A DNA stretch of 64,000 bases from Candidatus Bathyarchaeota archaeon (GTDB lineage Archaea; Thermoproteota; Bathyarchaeia; 40CM-2-53-6), in contig CAWJRR010000012.1 of the NCBI GenBank assembly GCA_963845275.1, positions 48,845 through 112,844 of the forward strand, in the 5' to 3' direction. How positions within the stretch are numbered: the first letter of the stretch is position 1; every line of letters starts with the position of its first letter. Under the pieces are notes generated by a model that was given only the letters and a program-made list of their open reading frames with translations, did no database searches and was not told the origin of the DNA. The translations under genes were made by a program, and so were the position numbers. Below, one piece after another: positions 62,375-64,000 of this stretch.

Positions 62375-64000
62375 TCACTTCCTGGTTCGTCTAATGACTC
62401 CTACCGTGGCTAGGCCGATGAGGATTCCGGCCAGGATTGATTCCCATGGGAAGCCTGGGATTGCTGGAATTGGCTCCGTGTTGCTGCTGAATACGGTGGA
62501 AGTTTCCGTGGTTACGCTTGTGGCGGTGGTGGTTGAGAGGGAGCTGCTTGTGCTCGTCGTTGAAGCGGTTATGAGGCTTGTTGAAGTGGAAGTGGTTGTG
62601 GTGGTGGCGCTGGTTGACGTGGTTGTCAAAGTGGATGATACGCCTCCGCTGGTTGAGGTTGAAGTGATCGTTGTCGTTCCCGCATTAGCACCGTAGATTG
62701 GCGGATTCACCGGGTCAAGGTGGAAGATACCCGTTAGAGTATTTGTTCCTATACTTGGCTGTGCGCCTACAGCCCACCCATCAGTAGGATTCGTAGTAAA
62801 GACCGAGAACAACCCTAACCCTGGAGAGACTGGTGTTGGCAGATTCAAATAGGTCCATCCGCCGCCGTTCCACCATGCAGTCACTGCGTCCCCCGAGCAA
62901 GTGGGAGGAGTACCAGCAGTGAGAGCGACGCTGCAGCCAACTGCCCATCCATCTCCGCTCCCAGCGTTTGAACCATACGTATCAACATGAACCGATGTCC
63001 ATGTCACTGTCGAGGGGGCATTAGCTGCGCTCCCAGCAACCCAATTAACTCCGTCAGTTGTTGTTATGACCGTATTCCCTGATCCGACGATCCATCCATG
63101 AGTTGAGTCAGTGAAGTAGATTCCGTAAAGGTCCACGGAAGATGGTACACCTGGGATAGCATCCTGGCTCCAAACGCATGTCCCCGAGCTACAATCCAGC
63201 GAAAGCACAACACCGCCATCACCTACAGCCCAGCCAGCCGGATTATTATTACCTGGATTATTGATGAAGACCGCGTTCAGGTTAGCGCTAAATCCTGAAG
63301 GAAGACCGGTGGCCGCAAAATTCCACCCGGGCCCTGATTTGCTGTAGGTCCATATTCCACCATTCGTTCCAACAGCCCATCCGTCAATCGGACCGATTGT
63401 AGCGAAGTATACCGACGTCATCTCACATCCATTCGAGTTTGCACACTGCGCAGTAGTTACGGGTTCCCACCAGTTTGATAGAATCGTATTCCAAGTATAC
63501 GCGACCGGGCACTGAGCTTGACCGCAAGTGGCGCCGGATGGCGTGGATGTCGAAAGTTGTCCTCCAACAGCATAACCCTCACCACTACCGGCCATGTAAA
63601 TTCCTAGAATGTCTGGTTGCGTAATTCCCTGTGATCCCACGGTTATGGGTATGTTGGCACGATGCCATTTGTTGCCGTCCCAATGAATCATGGAAGGCCA
63701 ACCGTTAAGCACATCGTAAACTCCCCCAGCCCAAGCGTCAGACTGACCCGTCTCATAGACGGCCCTTAACGATGGTGATTGCACTATACTTGTTTGACCT
63801 CCCCAGCATGCAGATGGGCTTGACGTCTGCACTATTGAACCGCAACTTGAGTCGCTGGTTTGAAGTATCACGCCATGGGTTCCTACAGCCCAACCGGCAC
63901 CTCCGCTTTGGAAGCTAACGGAATTGAGGTCTATGCCAGCACCGGTTCCACTAAATAGGGGGTTATCCCCTGCAGTGCTGACGGATTGGAAGGCGCTGCC
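62375..64000 (-). CDS. BNR/Ycf48-like beta-propeller surface protein with Thr/Ser stalk and PGF-CTERM; 5' end lies beyond the window
   Basis: Repeats of the type GWAVG..G.I..T.DGG.W. The same frame stays open through nt 64000 (..GAGWAVGTHGVILQTSD). C-terminus is IPGFPWESILAGILIGLATVGVIRRTRK. Confidence 0.65.
   Translation of the reverse strand, partial: GSAFQSVSTAGDNPLFSGTGAGIDLNSVSFQSGGAGWAVGTHGVILQTSDSSCGSIVQTSSPSACWGGQTSIVQSPSLRAVYETGQSDAWAGGVYDVLNGWPSMIHWDGNKWHRANIPITVGSQGITQPDILGIYMAGSGEGYAVGGQLSTSTPSGATCGQAQCPVAYTWNTILSNWWEPVTTAQCANSNGCEMTSVYFATIGPIDGWAVGTNGGIWTYSKSGPGWNFAATGLPSGFSANLNAVFINNPGNNNPAGWAVGDGGVVLSLDCSSGTCVWSQDAIPGVPSSVDLYGIYFTDSTHGWIVGSGNTVITTTDGVNWVAGSAANAPSTVTWTSVHVDTYGSNAGSGDGWAVGCSVALTAGTPPTCSGDAVTAWWNGGGWTYLNLPTPVSPGLGLFSVFTTNPTDGWAVGAQPSIGTNTLTGIFHLDPVNPPIYGANAGTTTITSTSTSGGVSSTLTTTSTSATTTTTSTSTSLITASTTSTSSSLSTTTATSVTTETSTVFSSNTEPIPAIPGFPWESILAGILIGLATVGVIRRTRK

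Noticed and set aside
62133-62696. 187-aa Val-rich ORF on the plus strand.
   Set aside because: It is antisense to the Thr/Ser-rich stalks of two PGF-CTERM genes (ACN/AGN codons read backwards give Val-rich frames). It spans the boundary of two real genes.
1-64000. Looked for CRISPR arrays (regularly spaced 24-40 nt direct repeats) because a Cas4-like gene is present.
   Set aside because: There is no regularly spaced repeat series anywhere. The repeats I found (R family, hairpin pair, 92-nt pair, 8-mer array) have irregular spacing and no spacer-like unique inserts of constant length.

Overview
Archaeal chromosomal window. Evidence: TATA-binding protein, class-I CCA-adding enzyme, tetraether-lipid genes, PGF/PEF-type C-terminal sorting signals, and a 184-nt intron-rich tRNA gene. 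Gene content looks TACK-like (Nitrososphaerota/Thermoproteota), but the lineage cannot be fixed from this sequence alone.

Layout:
(1) 1-9.1 kb: metal-homeostasis island. It holds an MntH tail + MntR-like regulator, a frameshifted CopC-CopD-propeller gene, a YcnI-like protein, a cupredoxin, and a tro-like metal ABC operon with its own DtxR-family regulator and a DtxR-box-like operator.
(2) 9-14.4 kb: surface/membrane proteins, an APC permease and a PaaK-like ligase.
(3) 14.9-25.9 kb: two near-identical IS110-family copies in inverted orientation. They bracket an 8.2-kb block: peptide-type SBP, PanB, aminotransferase, second APC permease, metallophosphoesterase.
(4) 26-33.2 kb: accessory patch. 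It holds small ORFs, OsmC, unoccupied copies of the repeat the IS sits in, a MITE-like element, a BON-domain protein, an MFS transporter and a stand-alone Cas4-like nuclease.
(5) 33.29-42.66 kb: a ~9.4-kb integrated element in the 3' end of a tRNA gene. It has a tyrosine integrase, a 30-nt att repeat, and a ~1.3-kb apparently non-coding core with a purine-skew switch and iterated 8-mers.
(6) 42.6-49.6 kb: dense RNA-maturation cluster (tRNA, kinase, cca, thpR, UPF0200/UPF0201, RNase Z, Trm11-like).
(7) 49.6-59.7 kb: MoaE, TrmB, GGR + Tes-like radical SAM, thioesterase, PadR, signal peptidase, RAM-domain protein, TBP.
(8) 60-64 kb: cluster of surface proteins with archaeosortase-type signals.

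I found no rRNA gene and no CRISPR array. Three genes look frameshifted (real decay or assembly error). The most unusual signals are the sequence-specific IS110 insertions with empty target copies, the non-coding core of the integrated element, and a recurring TM + zinc-ribbon tail on surface proteins. All functional calls rest on by-eye motif recognition; no database search was run.
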